A DNA stretch of 64,000 nt. Source: Octopus vulgaris. Taxonomy: Eukaryota. The notes beneath the pieces were generated by a model. It was given only the letters and a program-made list of their open reading frames with translations, did no database searches and was not told the origin of the DNA. Positions 11,266-23,487 of this stretch are shown one piece after another (the first letter of the stretch is position 1; every line of letters starts with the position of its first letter). The DNA is taken from positions 13,826,001 through 13,890,000 of the forward strand of contig OX597836.1 in the NCBI GenBank assembly GCA_951406725.2. Direction: 5' to 3'. Made by a program: the position numbers and the translations under genes.

Positions 11266-11379
11266 AATATTAATATTATATTGTGTGGAATTTGATTTAG
11301 TATTTCTAAATTGAATTCTTTTTCCTTGTAAGTTTGGATTTTATTCCCTCAAATAATAATTATTATATATACATATATA

Positions 11380-11592
11380 TCATCATCATCATCATCGTTT
11401 AACGTCCGTTCTCCATGCTAGCATGGGTTGGACGGTTCGACTGGGGATCCAGGAAGCCAGAAGGCTGCACCAGGCTCCAGTCTTATCTGGCAATGTTTCT
11501 ACAGCTGGATGCCCTTCCTAACGCCAACCACTCCGTGAGTGTAGTGGGTGCTTTTTATGTGCCACCTGCACAGGTGCCAGGCGAGGCTGGCA
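11380..11592 (-). mobile_element. Retroposon family B, 5'-truncated
   Basis: (CAT)n then CGTTTAACGTCCG...GCCCTTCCTAACGCCAACCACTCCG. Confidence 0.88.
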
Positions 11593-13075
11593 ATATATAT
11601 GTATATATAGAAATGTTTGTTTTCTGTCAAAGTCCTATATGAAGGCAATTTAACATCAAACTCAATAATTTAATACCATTGCCTGCCATTTTGTTGTAAC
11701 TGTAAGGGTTTCTTTCCTTGTCCTTTTCCTGTCTTACAAGTAACTAGTGCTGGTGGCACATAGAAAAGGCACTCGAGACACACTGTAAAGCGACTGGTGT
11801 TACAAAAGGGGCATCCAACCACAAAACACATACCAAAGCTAACCCTGGAGCTTGACGCAGTCCCACGGTTCGCTGGATCCCGTTAAACCATCCGAAAAAC
11901 ACATGTATGAAGACGATGATGATGATGATGATAATGACGATGATGATGATGATAATGACGATTATGATGATGATGATGATGACAGCAATGATGCCTTACG
12001 GGGGTTTTTATTTTATTCTAATCTCACTTTTACTTTGAATCAAATCCTGTTGCGGTCACATCTACCTTTCAACTCTCGTTTACCGATCAACTGGTGATGG
12101 GGGGGGGGAAAGCAGGGGATATGAATAAACAAAGCACCAGTCACTGACTTAATCTTCCAATAACTCTTCCCCCACCCCACCCCACTCCACAACACTTTTA
12201 ATTGACTAAACAGTTATTAATTATCTACGTCACGTGACCCCCCACCCATTGTCTGATCTTCAGAGAACTTTAATGCTTATGGCCTACATTTTTGACCATA
12301 TCTGTGTGATGACGTTTGTCTAATCAGTGGAGCATCGAACAAAAATACCTTGTGCTATTTTCATTACATCCGTCTACTTTCTGCGGTTAATGATGTAAAC
12401 ACCAACCAAAAACTGAAGTTGATTTAATCTACCATTTCCTTCATCGAGAGTTTATTCTTTGTTCCTTTCTGACCATCCATTACTAAATATTGGCACCATA
12501 ATACAATGTAACCAGTACATTCTTGGAAAGGGGTCTGCATCAGGAAGGGCACCATCGAGCTGTAACACTCATACCACAGATGGAATTTACAAGTGAAACT
12601 TGGTCCCTGATTTGTCAAGGGCAGTACTACATATACTTGTGGAAAGGTCACACTTTTTTTACCAAAAATTTCGATAAAAAATCAGGGGTGTGACCTATTC
12701 ACTTGACATCATAGGGAGCTGAAGCTGACGGTGGCATATCAGTAATCCAGGCAGCGTGCACCTTGGGCCTGGGCTTTTCAGTTTTCAAGTTGTTATGGAA
12801 ACAAATTTTTTTTACCAAAAATTTCAATAAAAATCAAGGGTGTGACCTATTCACTTGACATCATAGAGAGCTGAAGCTGACGGTGGCATATCAGTAATCC
12901 AGGCAGCGTGCACCCTGGGCCTGGGCTTTTCAGTTTTCAAGTTGTTATGGAAACATTTTTGTGGTGTCTGTTTACCAGGAAACCGGAAGTCTGTGTATTG
13001 GTCTTTTTGACAATATCGATTCATTCCAATTTTTAATTTTAAAATTTTAATAATTGCAAACCCTAATCATGAGTA

Positions 13076-13390
13076 GTGGAGGTACATGGCCTAGTGGTTA
13101 GAGCAGCAGACTCACGGTCGAGGGATCAAGGGTTCGAATCTCAGACCGGGCAATGTGTGTGCTTGTGAGCGGAACACTTAAGCTCCACGCGGCACCAGCA
13201 GAAGGTAATGGCGAACTTCTGCTGACTCTTTCGCCACAACTTTCTCTCGCTCTTTCCTCCTGCATCATGCCACTCACCTGCGACGGACTGGTGTCCTGTC
13301 CAGGTGGGGAACCTATACGCCAAGGAAATCGGGAAACCGGCCCTTATGAGCCAGGGACGGCTTGAGAAGGAACAAATAAAAAAATAAATA
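13076..13390 (+). mobile_element. tRNA-derived SINE family C, nested in the pogo element
   Basis: A box TGGCCTAGTGG, B box GGTTCGAATCTC, A-rich tail, short TSD AATCATGA. Confidence 0.9.
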
Positions 13391-13690
13391 AAATCATGAA
13401 TAAAAGAAAGAGTTATTTAGTAGGTTTTAAGTTGAAAGTGGTGGATTATGCAGAAGAACATGGAAACAGATCTGATGATAATGAAGAAGAATTTTTGAGT
13501 TTCAATTCTGATGAAGTTTAATAACTATAAGAAAAAATGAATAAACACTTTTCTTATAACATTTTCTTCTGTTGTTTGTAATTCTAGACATTTTTCTTGT
13601 CAAGTAGATACTTATTGATTTTTTTTCTGTAGAGTTGATATATGAATTATAGTACTTTTATAATGTCACTTCTACAAAAATATTTTAATA

Positions 13691-14080
13691 CTAGCAGTAT
13701 TGCCCGGCGTTGCTCGGGTTTGTTTCGACCCTTTAGAATTGGAATTTTTGAAAAGTAAAAATTTTGAATTATGTAGCTTGTTATTCTCTTTAAGCGAACA
13801 TTTTTCTGGTTGAAATACACCGAAAAATGGCGACACAGCAGTAAAAAAATCGTAAAAAATAGGGATTTTCAGAGAAAAAAAGCACCTTTTTGATGTAAAT
13901 AATTTTTGGTGTTAACAAGGTCCGATTTGAATTTTTTCTTCTACGGAAGGAAGAGCAAGCCTTCTTCTATCATACTCTCAATTTTGGTCAACTTGTGCCG
14001 CAGGGTCTCAGAGGAGATAGTGTTAGTTGAAGGCTACCAAACCTGCCATACACAGACAACTTCAGCTTTATATATACAGA
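13691..14080 (-). mobile_element. Non-autonomous Helitron
   Basis: Minus strand A|TCTGTATATATAAAG ... CCCGAGCAACGCCGGG hairpin ... CTAG|T: TC start, subterminal hairpin, CTAG end, AT insertion site, no TSD. Confidence 0.85.
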
Positions 14081-14774
14081 TTTGTAAGCAAATTTTTGAA
14101 ATAGAGGTGAATATCTGATAATACTTAAGAAATCTTAGTTAAATTTACATTAAAATAGAGCCATGTGACTCCCTATATCACAGTGCAACCTATCTGTGAG
14201 TCAACTACAAATACCTACTTTGGCAACCCCAAGAAAGGTTGTGACTTACCCACAAGTATATATAGTAACTCCAAATAAGACTCAGACAATGATGACTCAT
14301 ATAACCCATGCCAGCATCGAAAAACTGGCGTAAAGACAATGATTCTGGTACTGCTGGTGGTGGTAATTCATAAAACAGTTGTAAATACCTGACATGTTCA
14401 TTACAGAATGACTGCATAGGCAATAAAAGAGGAATTGTAAACATGACAGGTGTCTATAACTCTCAAAATCTATTGATATACTCCATAGTAAAGATTAGTA
14501 CAAAATAATAAAGTACCACCCATGTTCTGGGACTGATGTCATCAACAAATCTCCTCCCCGCAAAATTACTAGTTTTATGCCTAAACTGGAAATAATTGTT
14601 AACATATAGGCACAAGCGTGGATGTGTGGTTAAAAAGCTCACTTCCCAATCACAGGGTCTCCGGTTCAGTCCCACTACATAGTACCTTGGGCAAATTTCT
14701 TTTACTATAGCCCCAGGGCAACCAAAGTTTTGAGTGGATTTGATAGATAAAAACTGAAAGAAGCCCATCATGTA

Positions 14775-14991
14775 TGAGGGTGTGTTGAAAAGTTCCTGGC
14801 TTTGGGTAAAAGAAAATACAGGAGGATCAGTTAATTATGATTTTATTCAACACATTCCCCTCTCAGATTCACACACTTGTTGCAGTGGTCCTTCAGTTTT
14901 CCTAAGCCCTGTAAAAGAACTCAGAAGGTTGGGTCTTCAACCAGGCCTTTCACGATATCCTTAAAGCCAAGAACTTTTCAGCACCCCCTCG
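14775..14991. mobile_element. mariner/Tc1-type MITE (217 bp) inserted in a SINE
   Basis: TA|TGAGGGTGTGTTGAAAAGTTCCTGGCTTT ... AAAGCCAAGAACTTTTCAGCACCCCCTCG|TA; splits a SINE with family-A-type head (about 14608-15260). Confidence 0.85.
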
Positions 14992-15279
14992 TATATATGT
15001 GGTTGTGTGTGCATGTATGTGTGTGTATATACACCCTTGTCTTGACATCATGTCATGGCTGTAAATGAGTACCATCGTCATACAAGCAGTGTTGTTCATT
15101 TGAAGTATTCCATGAAAAATATGCCTGGCCCATGGGGAAATATTACCTGGATTGGAAACAGGTAAGGGCTGGCAACAGGAAAGGCTCCCAGCCAGAGAAA
15201 ATCTGCCTCAGTGAATTCCATTCAACCCATGGAAGCATATAAAAGTGGACATGACAACGACAACTAGTACTATAACGCA

Positions 15280-15497
15280 TTGCCAGTACTGCCTGACTGG
15301 CCCATGCCAGTGGCACGTAAAAGCACCCACTACACTCTTGGAGTGGTTGGCATTAGGAAGGGCATCAACCTGGAGAAACCCTACCAGATCAAGATTGAAG
15401 CCTGGTGCAGCCATCTGGTTCACCAGCCCTCAGTCAAAATCGTCCAACCCATGCTGGCATGGAAAGCGGACGTTAAACGACGACGATGATGATGATG
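15280..15497 (+). mobile_element. Retroposon family B
   Basis: GGCACGTAAAAGCACCCACTACACTC...GGACGTTAAACGACGACGATGAT. Confidence 0.88.
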
Positions 15498-16071
15498 AGT
15501 ACTATAAGCCTTTAGGTTAGTGCTCCACCAACCGAACTTCTCTGGCCACATACAGCCTGACGAGCTAAAAGTGCAGACAGAAGATCTGGCTCCTAAAATA
15601 CATTATAGATGACCTGATCATAAATTTTAATCCTATTGATTTTATTAGAGGAGTTGTGTCGTACGGTTGAATATTAGTTTGTATTTATTTGTTCTCACAC
15701 AAGTTTCTTTACTGAGTGTTTCCGCAGCCCTGCTGCATCAAGCGTTGACACTGAGCCAATTTTGTAGTCATGACTTACAGCTTGCAGACAGGGCATGTTT
15801 TACATTACAACAGTCTATCGACAATCAGGTATGCATTGAAGCAAGGAAGTGCTTATGCCTGCGGCTCACTTCTCTTACAAAGTCTGAGAGTCCCTCTGAA
15901 TTTTTTTAAGATGTTTCGAAAATGATACAACTGTAAAATTAAGAAGGTAGAATATAAGCACAACTAAATGTGATGCCAAACTATTACCATATTTGATGGC
16001 ATAGAAGAAGCAATTTTAAATATTTGAAAAAAAATGTTACAAAAAAATCTTGTCAAGTTGTGCTTCCTATA

Positions 16072-16465
16072 ACTCTTTTACTTGTTTCAGCCATTTGACT
16101 GTGGCCATGCTGGAGCACCACCTTTAGTCGAGCAAATCGACCCCAGGACTTATTCTTTGTAAGCCTAGTACTTATTCTATGGATCTCTTTTGTTGAACTG
16201 CTAAGTTACAGGGACGTAAACACACCAGTGTCGGTTGTCAAGCGATGTTGGGGGGGACAAAAACAGACACACAAACACACACACATACATATATATATAT
16301 ACATATATATGACGGGCTTCTTTTAGTTTCTGTCTACAAAATCCATTCACAAGGCTTTGGTCGGCCCGAGGCTATGGTAGAAGACACTTGCCCAAGGTGC
16401 CACGCAGTGGGACTGAACCCGGAACCATGTGGTTGGTAAGCAAGCTACTTACCACACAGCCACTC
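16072..16465 (-). mobile_element. SINE family A, full length
   Basis: Colinear with the other family A copies. Confidence 0.92.
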
Positions 16466-16599
16466 ACTCACTGCAATAGACTAATTTTAATCTAGACAGT
16501 CTCTTTCACAGATATACAGTTGTTTTCTGCCATGGCTAAAACATTTTTGTAAAGCTTTGTAACAAACTGCTCGACTGCTTGAAATATTACAGGCTTTAA

Positions 16600-16819
16600 A
16601 CCTTTAACATTCAGATCACTCCGACAAACATTATCGTTATTTATTCACTTTGCTTTTAATTAATCATGCATTATCTCGTGGCTTTCAGATTTTGACGAGG
16701 TGTTTGTTCCTCATTATAATGATAACGCAGGATAAGTGTGAGAGGCTGGATATGGCTGGTTTGAACATAAAACAGACAGAACACTTATGCCAGATACGAC
16801 CAGTTTAAATGCTAAAGGA
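16600..16819. mobile_element. piggyBac-type MITE (~220 bp), diverged
   Basis: TTAA|ACCTTTAACATT ... AATGCTAAAGGA|TTAA. Confidence 0.7.
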
Positions 16820-17337
16820 TTAATACACTAAAAATTTATTCTCAATATACACTGCTGAAATTAGAGTGTACCTAACACTCACCATTATAGGCTAATTTTA
16901 ATCCAGTCTCTTACATATATACAGCAACGTTTTCTATTGTAGCTAAAGCATTTTTGTAATGTTTTGTAATGTACACCTCGACTGCTATGACGAGGAGCAA
17001 CCTTTAGTGAGCATTTCTACGCAAAACTCACAACACAAGGGCGTACAAGGAGAAGTGCCCACTTCAGGTTGCAGCTTATATTGCAAGGATAAGGTCTGCA
17101 AAAATAACACAGAAGCAGATAATGGTCTCTTTCAGGATGGAGCAAACTATCGACATGTACATCATTTTATTTAAGATTCTGGAGATAGTTGCCAAAGCAA
17201 AGTTGTACTCTGACATGTAACCCATCACGAAAGACTCTTAAAGTTCTTGTTGAGGAACTAGTGGACCAAATGGAACAAAAACACAAAAAAACTGCTCAAC
17301 ATCCAACAAAGCAGTTTCTCTCTCAGCTGATACTGCA

Positions 17338-17714
17338 GTGGAGGCGCAATGGCCCAATGGTTAGGGCAGCGGACTTGCGGTCGGAGGATCGCGGTTTCGA
17401 TTCTCAGACCGGGCGTTGTGTGTGTTTATTGAGCGAAAACACCTTAAGCTCCACGAGGCTCTGGCAGGAGGTGGTGGCGACCCCTGTTGTACTCTTTCGC
17501 TCCAACTTTCTCTCAATCTTCCTGTTTCTTGTCCCCGACTTCCTACGCAACCGCTGAGCCTGGATGCGCATTCATCCATTCATCGATGGTCTCGGTGTCG
17601 GGGGTTGACCTGCTCCCTCTTCTGCGGGTCTTACGAATAGCAAAGGACCACGTTTCGGACTTCTCCCATCTTGCGAGCTCTGGGACGAAGACCATTCACT
17701 CAATAGCACAGCAA
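17338..17714 (+). mobile_element. tRNA-derived SINE (family C-type head, distinct CpG-rich 3' half)
   Basis: A box TGGCCCAATGG, B box GTTTCGATTCTC; perfect 14-bp TSD CAGCTGATACTGCA at 17324-17337 and 17715-17728. Confidence 0.9.
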
Positions 17715-18550
17715 CAGCTGATACTGCAATTTTGCAACTTGTTTATCATTGTGCTTTATGAATGCAGATGCGTAGCTTACTCCCCCAAGGGATAGGAAAT
17801 AGCAGCGATTGCACACGCAGTTGATGAAAGAATAGATATTCATGACGTTGTACAGCACAGCATTTCCACTTATAACATCAATAATTGTTTGTTTCATTCT
17901 GTATCCTTTGAAAGGAGGAAAGCAAACGAGAAGATATTTCGAAATATGTCGGAGAAACCATTGAAATGTTTAACAGTCCTCTGTTCAATTTATAATATCT
18001 CTGACTACTAATAGGACAGTGGTGGGTGGTGGTGGTGGTGGTCATGGTGAGCAACAACTTAGAGTTTACTCCACTTTTCAAGAATCACCAGGAAATGTGA
18101 TGAAGTTATCATCAGCTATCACGGAATTACACAGCAGGAAAAAAAAATAACAAAAGGCAGCTCTTCATTCTAACACGTTTGTGGTCAAAATGAAAGCTGT
18201 TGTTTCTAATCTGAATGATATCTGCCTGCACTTAACAGAATTGTTGAGAATTCCATTAGATTCTTGCTCCAAATTTCCTTCCTGAAGATGGGGGTAAGAG
18301 GTCATACAATTTAAATCACTTTCAAACAGGAAGTTTGAATCATAGAACCAGAGGGCAGTCTCACATAAATTACAGAACACGGACTGATGGTGTCAGACCA
18401 TATTTAACCCCTTTCTGACCAAATTTCATTTGAAATACATTGCCTTTGTTTCAATCAATTTTTGAAACTGATGAAGAATTTAGACTGAACCCGGAACCAT
18501 GTAGTCAAGCAATGTTGGAGGGACAAACACAGATACACAAACATACACAT

Positions 18551-18596
<46 letters not shown>

Positions 18597-18715
18597 AAAT
18601 ACAAACTGGGACAAGAACGTAAAACATTTAGAAGACGATACAAAAAACACGGACGGGACATTCGAAGCCTTCAATCTTCAGTCAAGAACCGGATCATCCT
18701 CGCAATTTCGGCTGA

Positions 18716-18732
18716 ACATACATACATATATA

Positions 18733-18764
<32 letters not shown>

Positions 18765-18788
18765 CATACATACATACATACATACATA

Positions 18789-18820
<32 letters not shown>

Positions 18821-18932
18821 CATACATACATACATATACATACATATACATACATATACATATATACATACATATACATATATACATACATATACATATA
18901 TACATACATATACATACATATACATATATACA

Positions 18933-19000
<68 letters not shown>
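18716..19000. repeat. (TACA)n/(TA)n microsatellite inside a rearranged family A SINE
   Basis: Direct reading; SINE head follows at 19000-19160 (minus). Confidence 0.92.
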
Positions 19001-19001
<1 letters not shown>

Positions 19002-19608
19002 GACGGGCTTCTTCCAGTTTCCGTCTGCCAAATCCACTCACAAGGCTTTGGTTGGCCCAAGGCTATAGTAGAAGACACTTGCCGAAAGTGCCACGCAGTG
19101 GGACTGAACCCAGAACCATGTAAGTCCGTAAGCAAGATACTTACCACACACAGCCACTCTATTTTATTGAAACAAAAGGTCAGCTTTGAGTCACACATAT
19201 CAACCTACATGCATATGTGTGTGTATGAAGAGAGATAAAGAAACTAAATGTTCAAGAGGGAGGGAGGGAGAGAGAGAGAGTGGCAGAAAGAGGAAGAGTT
19301 AATTACGAGAGAGATATGCGCCTGTCATTTGTTAATTCCTCAGCTAAACAAAAGCATTGCAATATTTTAACTGTTATCGACATAGCAGATTGTGATGACA
19401 TTAAATTAGCAGATGGACGCAAGACAAATATATGTGTGTACGTGTGTGTGTTAATTACAGTGTGCTATGCACCACAGTGCCTTAGACTGCATCTGCATCT
19501 CAGTAGACAACACACCATATTACATCACTGCATTGTACCACAGCATATGGACACAGAGAAATTACTGAATTAAATATATATATACACATGGTGTATATAT
19601 ACATACAC

Positions 19609-19660
<52 letters not shown>

Positions 19661-19927
19661 GTAGATAGGTAGATAGGTAGATACGTAGATAAGTAGATAC
19701 GTAGATAGAGAGACAGAGAGACAGGCAGATAGATAGATAGGCAGATAGACAGACAGTTAGACAGACAGACAGACAGACAGATAGATAGACAGACAGACAG
19801 TTAGATAGGCAAATAGATAGACAGTTAGATAGGCAAATAGATAGACAGTTAGATAGACAGTTAGATAGACAAATAGATAGACAAATAGATAGACAAACAG
19901 TTAGATAGACAGATAGACAGATAGATA
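19609..19927. repeat. (GATA)n/(GACA)n microsatellite
   Basis: Direct reading. Confidence 0.95.
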
Positions 19928-20542
19928 TTTGAAAAATGAATAAAAATGTTTTTTCTGATAATTTCTGACTTTAATAATTAGATGTTTATAAGATAATTAG
20001 GACCCTTCATAAACACCTAACATCTAATTGATAAAGTGGAAAAATTATCAGCAAAGCTAGTTCTATTAATCTTTTAAAACTATATAATATTGTACCATGG
20101 GCTTTCTATTTCTTATTCTACTATATATTTACATGAAGTTAAATATGTCTGGTCATTGAGTGACCAATGGTTTTGCATCTACAATGTGCTTAGCTTTGTA
20201 GACAATTCATCAGATTCCAATATTTAACTTTTAAAGTGTGCTTCTCTTCCAGACATATGGTTCACTGTGCCATGCCTTGCCTGTGCCACATAGAAAGCAC
20301 TAAGTCAACTCTGCTGAGGGGTTGGCATTAGGAAGGGCACCCAACTGTAAAAATCCTGCCAAAACAGTTACAGTAGTCTGGTGCAGGCATCTGCCTGGCT
20401 GGCTCTTGTCAAACTGTCCCACCCATGCCAGCAGACGTTAAATGATGATGATTTTATATATATATGTGTGTGTGTGTGTCTATAAAGTGAGAGAGAGAGA
20501 GAGATGATAGATAGATAGAGAGATGGATATATATATATATAT

Positions 20543-20909
20543 ACTCTTACTCTTTTACTTGTTTCACTCATTTGACTGTGGCCATGCTGGAGCACCACTT
20601 TTTTAGTCGAGCAAATCGACCCCAGGACTTATACTTTGTAAGCCTAGTACTTATTCTATCGGTCTCTTTTGCCGAACCGCTAGGTTACGGGGGACATCAA
20701 CACACCAGCATCGGTTGTCAAGCGATGTTGGGGGAACAAACACAGACACACAAACATATACACATACATACATATATATATACGACAGGCTTCTTTCAGT
20801 TTCCATCGACCAAATCCACTAACAAGGCTTTGGTCGGCCCAAGGTGCCACGCAGTGGGATTGAACCCGGAACCATGTGGTTCGTAAGCAAGCTACTTACG
20901 ACACAGCCA
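20543..20909 (-). mobile_element. SINE family A with a short internal deletion
   Basis: GGTCGGCCCAAGGTGCC joins two GCCC(G/A)AGG sites that are ~28 bp apart in other copies. Confidence 0.9.
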
Positions 20910-21424
20910 AAGACATATATCTATTCTAATATGCATACACGCACATATATATACCAGCTGTGTAGCTCCTCTACATCAAGAAAAATCTCTGTTCTTCTCT
21001 GACCCCATTTCTCATACTTTAACACCCTCCTTTCCTTGCATAAAGTCAAATTCTCTCAGGTTTTGCAGTTTTGCAAGCTGCATGACAACTTCACAAGTGG
21101 TGATGCCACAATGAAAAAAAACAAAGAGACAAAAAGAAATAAAAGACACACCCTGTACATGGTGTTAAGTAGGCTAACATCAGAAGGAACATGAAACCAA
21201 GCCAAGCAGATATTGGGGGCACAATGCAGTCACACAACTCATTTGATCCTGACAAACTGTCTAGCTCATCCTAGCACAAGACATGAGCCAGTCTCTCTTT
21301 CTCTCTCTCTCACACACAAACATATATAAGCTATTATATTACGACACACACATCACATGGTATTCTTTTACGTGCTTCAGCTCAGGAGTTGTGACCATGT
21401 TGGAGAACACACTTCTACACTACC

Positions 21425-21684
21425 AACGTCGCCTTACTGGCAGCTGTGCCGGTGGCATGTGTAAAAAGATTCGAGCGAGGTTATTGCCAGTACCCCCTGA
21501 CTGGCGGCACGTAAAAAACACCCACTACACTCTCGGACTGGTTGGCATTAGGAAGGGCATCCAGCTGTAGAAACTCTGCCAGATCAAAATTGGAGCCTGG
21601 TGCAGCCATCTGGTTCGCCAGACCTCAGTCAAAATCATCCAAACCATGCTAGCATGGAAAGTGGACGTTAAACGATGATGATGA
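21425..21684 (+). mobile_element. Retroposon family B
   Basis: Family body plus (GAT)n tail. Confidence 0.88.
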
Positions 21685-21698
21685 CTACACCATATTAA

Positions 21699-21918
21699 CC
21701 CTTTCATTACTGTATTTATTTTGAGATGCTCTGTGTTTCTTTCAATTACTTTAAATATAACAAAGAATTTAGTAAAATATCTTAGTTAATATTAAGCTAG
21801 TGTTAAGAACATTAATTGTGACTAAGGTTTGGTGGAAGATTTTAATTCAAAACTTATGAAAACAAGACATTTGTATTCAGAGCCAGAGCCGGTTTCAGCT
21901 GGGTTGGTATCAAAAGGG
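21699..21918. mobile_element. piggyBac-type MITE (220 bp), followed by a truncated second copy at 21943-22117
   Basis: TTAA|CCCTTT ... AAAGGG|TTAA; second copy starts TTAA|CCCTTTTGTTACC and is closely similar. Confidence 0.85.
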
Positions 21919-22653
21919 TTAAAAATATCATGGTGACTTTAACCCTTTTGTTACCTTATTTCTATTGAGATACTCTGTGTTTCTTTCAATTAATTTTAAC
22001 TATAACAAAGAATTTAGTAAAATAACTTAGGTGTCATTAAGCTAGTGTTAGGAACATTAATTGTGACTAAGGTTTGGTGGAAGATTTTAATTCAAAACTT
22101 ATGGAAACAAGACATTTGGGATCTTTACCTTTTGACCGGCAGATTTAGAAAAAAATTTTTTGTAACTAAACACTTTCAAACTTCGGACACTGGTAGAATG
22201 TGTCATATAAAACATCTTTTACTCTCAGCGTTTTTGAGAAAAGTTTATATTTACGAAGTTATTTGCCCATGGTGCCGTACGGTGGGACTGAACTTGAAAC
22301 CATGTGGTTGCAAGCAAGCTTCTTAACCAAACGGCCATGCCTGCACCTATATATGCCGATCTATAAAACAGCTCTTGTGCCTATTGAAGTCCCAACATTT
22401 TAGGACCATAAACTTCGCAATATAAAAAAATGGATAACCAATAAAAAGAATGTAGATCAAACAATTTTTTCAGCGCATTACCTACACACCACAATTCAAC
22501 CTGCTAGAAATAGCAGTTCAATCCCCTCAAAACCATACATCACTATCTTCAAGGAAAAAAAAAAAGGAGACATTGCCTAATAATATAGTCAACAGGCAGA
22601 TTAAGTAAGCAAAAAAAAAACAAACAAAATGGGATGGTTAACTCTTTTTAAAA

Positions 22654-22854
22654 CTCTCTTACTTGTTTCAGTCATTTGACTATGACCATGCTGGAGCACC
22701 ACCTTTTAGTCGAGCAAATCAACCTCAGGACTTATTCTTCGGAAGCCTAGTACTTATTCTATCAGTTTCTTTTGCCGAACTGCTAAGTTACTGGGACGCA
22801 AACACACCAGCATCGGTTGTCAAGCGATGTTGGGAGGACAAACACAGACACACA

Positions 22855-22900
<46 letters not shown>

Positions 22901-23060
22901 TACGACGGGCTTCTTTCAGTTTCCATCTACCAAATTCACTCACAAGGCTTTGGTCGGCCCGAGGCTATAGTAGAAGACACTTGCCCGAGGTGCCACGCAA
23001 CGGGAATGAACCCGGAACCATGCGGTTGGTAAGCAAGCTACTTACCACACAGCCACTCCT
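22654..23060 (-). mobile_element. SINE family A, full length
   Basis: Colinear with the other family A copies. Confidence 0.92.
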
Positions 23061-23487
23061 GTTAGAAGTGGAATGTCTTTAATCATACATAGGTCAGCCT
23101 CAATCAAGCAGGTCTGACCTGGTGTTAAACGACATCGGCAATCGACAGCACACACAAACCTGACCTAGAATAGCCGTACTCAATAACAATAACAAAAACG
23201 ATTTCAGTATGGCCATAAACCTCTTCACAATAGCTGCTTCTGATGTGTTTGTAATTTATAGCAGAGATTTATGTATTGCCTTGAGAGTGCTTGTGCATTC
23301 ATGTCACAGATTGAAGTGAACAAATGTCTTTGTGGATTGTAAGTGTCTCGGAATATGTAGACCTAATGCTTGGGTTTGGTGTTTGCTGGTGATGCTATGA
23401 TAAATGGAGGAGTAAGGTTATTAACTTAAGAGATTTAAGAGCAGACGAAGCTTCATTGTTATATTTAGTCATTTATGTATTTCATTG

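Larger units (their letters stand above)
12627..14265 (+). mobile_element. Internally deleted pogo/Tigger-type DNA transposon with nested insertions
   Basis: TA|CTACATATACTTGTGGAAAGGTC ... GACTTACCCACAAGTATATATAG|TA imperfect TIRs with TA TSD; residual ORF 13396-13521 MNKRKSYLVGFKLKVVDYAEEHGNR (Brinker-type DBD start of pogo transposases); internal ~150-bp tandem duplication 12655-12954. Confidence 0.78.

Noticed and set aside
15775-15900. Minus-strand segment ending at a GTAAGT as candidate exon
   Set aside because: Stops in all three frames and weak acceptor
16950-18420. Moderately complex unique sequence with several short ORFs
   Set aside because: No recognisable domain or splice-bounded open frame; interrupted by a SINE; left unannotated
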